24,000 nt of DNA, from the NCBI GenBank assembly GCA_965246785.1, contig CBDFFM010000029.1, positions 20,428 through 44,427 of the forward strand, read 5' to 3'. This document shows positions 23,289-24,000 of this stretch, one piece after another. The translations under genes and the position numbers were made by a program. Under the pieces are notes generated by a model. The model made no database searches. It had not been told where the DNA came from and saw nothing but the letters and a program-made list of their open reading frames with translations. How positions within the stretch are numbered: the stretch's first letter is position 1; the number at the start of each line of letters is the position of its first letter. The DNA is from Chitinophagaceae bacterium. Lineage in GTDB: Bacteria > Bacteroidota > Bacteroidia > Chitinophagales > Chitinophagaceae.

Positions 23289-24000
23289 TTAAAAACGCGG
23301 ACACATAAAGGCCCTGCGCCTTGCCGCACCATCGTCATGATACATGCCTTGCCAAACGAGGCCGATTTCTGCAGCGCCGTTGTGGTTAATGTACTGGCCC
23401 AGGTTGGAGATGGTGTAATCATAAGAAGTCATCACCCGCAGCCCCTTCCATTCATAGCCGAAGGCAATGACTACTGCATCATTCATCCGGTGGTAAGCGC
23501 CGAGTAGGATATTATTGGTTGTGCCGGTGCCCTGCCCCGCCTTGATGATGAACAGCGAGCCGTATAGCAGCTCCGATGCCGACTTCTGCTGCGTATAAAG
23601 CACGGAGGGATTAATGATGAGATAATCGCCGACGCGCGCGGTGATGTCTATATTGCCGATGGGCCGGATTCCGATTGTATTCTCGCTGCCGAGAAAAGTT
23701 TCCTTTGGCTGATTGATGTGGGTAGCTGCGGCGCTTATTTTGATGTAAATGAACTCATTGGGCGAGTAAGAATAGTTGATGCCTGTGCTCACGTCCACGT
23801 AGGTTGTTTTGCTCAGCATGTCCTTTTCGTTGGTCGTCTTGCGCGTATCAAAGGCAAAGCCGTCCCACTGCGCATCCCAGGTAAACTTGCTGAAGTCAAT
23901 GGAGCGCTGCACGTAAGCCACGGAGCCGCCGGCAGAGATGAGGCTCTTCTCACCAAGCTGCACATGGTAGGCTACAAAGCCTTCATAGCGGTTCATGGCC
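23289..24000 (-). CDS. PorP/SprF-family T9SS membrane protein (partial; N-terminus beyond window end)
   Basis: The frame is still open at position 24000. 'YVDVSTGINYSY', 'PSVLYTQQ', 'LLGAYHRMNDAVVIAFGYEWKGLRVMTSYDYTISNL' and 'GAAEIGLVW' fit the PorP/SprF beta-barrel family as I recall it. Confidence 0.7.
   Translation of the reverse strand, partial: AMNRYEGFVAYHVQLGEKSLISAGGSVAYVQRSIDFSKFTWDAQWDGFAFDTRKTTNEKDMLSKTTYVDVSTGINYSYSPNEFIYIKISAAATHINQPKETFLGSENTIGIRPIGNIDITARVGDYLIINPSVLYTQQKSASELLYGSLFIIKAGQGTGTTNNILLGAYHRMNDAVVIAFGYEWKGLRVMTSYDYTISNLGQYINHNGAAEIGLVWQGMYHDDGAARRRAFMCPRF

Overview
High-GC (about 55-65% in hand-counted 60-nt lines) chromosomal segment that looks like a Bacteroidota genome. 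The signs are a T9SS cargo protein with a Por-type C-terminal sorting domain, a partial PorP/SprF gene, recurring TAnnTTTG -7 promoter boxes and no Shine-Dalgarno sequences. 1-8 kb holds envelope and housekeeping genes: HmuY-like lipoprotein, TlpA-like thiol:disulfide oxidoreductase, a hypothetical, LolD-type ABC ATPase plus hotdog thioesterase, DUF2795, and yidC. Between DUF2795 and yidC lies a 21-bp tandem-repeat array split by an intact IS982-family element. 8.1-11.9 kb is a single 1254-aa T9SS-secreted protein with three ~245-aa tandem modules. 11.9-19.1 kb is a mosaic accessory stretch. It contains decayed non-coding DNA, a 3'-truncated vsr, and a ~2.2-kb low-GC (~43%) cassette encoding a PD-(D/E)xK nuclease + DUF2075/Schlafen-like P-loop helicase protein and a 74-aa acidic protein. 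It also holds a convergent class-II Fic protein with a duplicated palindromic operator/promoter module, an SRPBCC + pentapeptide-repeat pair, and an orf245 / higB-relic / higA operon. 19.1-24 kb carries an ACP-less KS-like/KS/CLF-like cassette, an orphan OmpR-family response regulator preceded by phased TTCAAC/TCCAAC repeats, and a partial porP/sprF. The best candidates for something undescribed are the nuclease-helicase cassette with its acidic partner and the orf245-higA module. All family calls come from motif recognition by eye; no searches were run.
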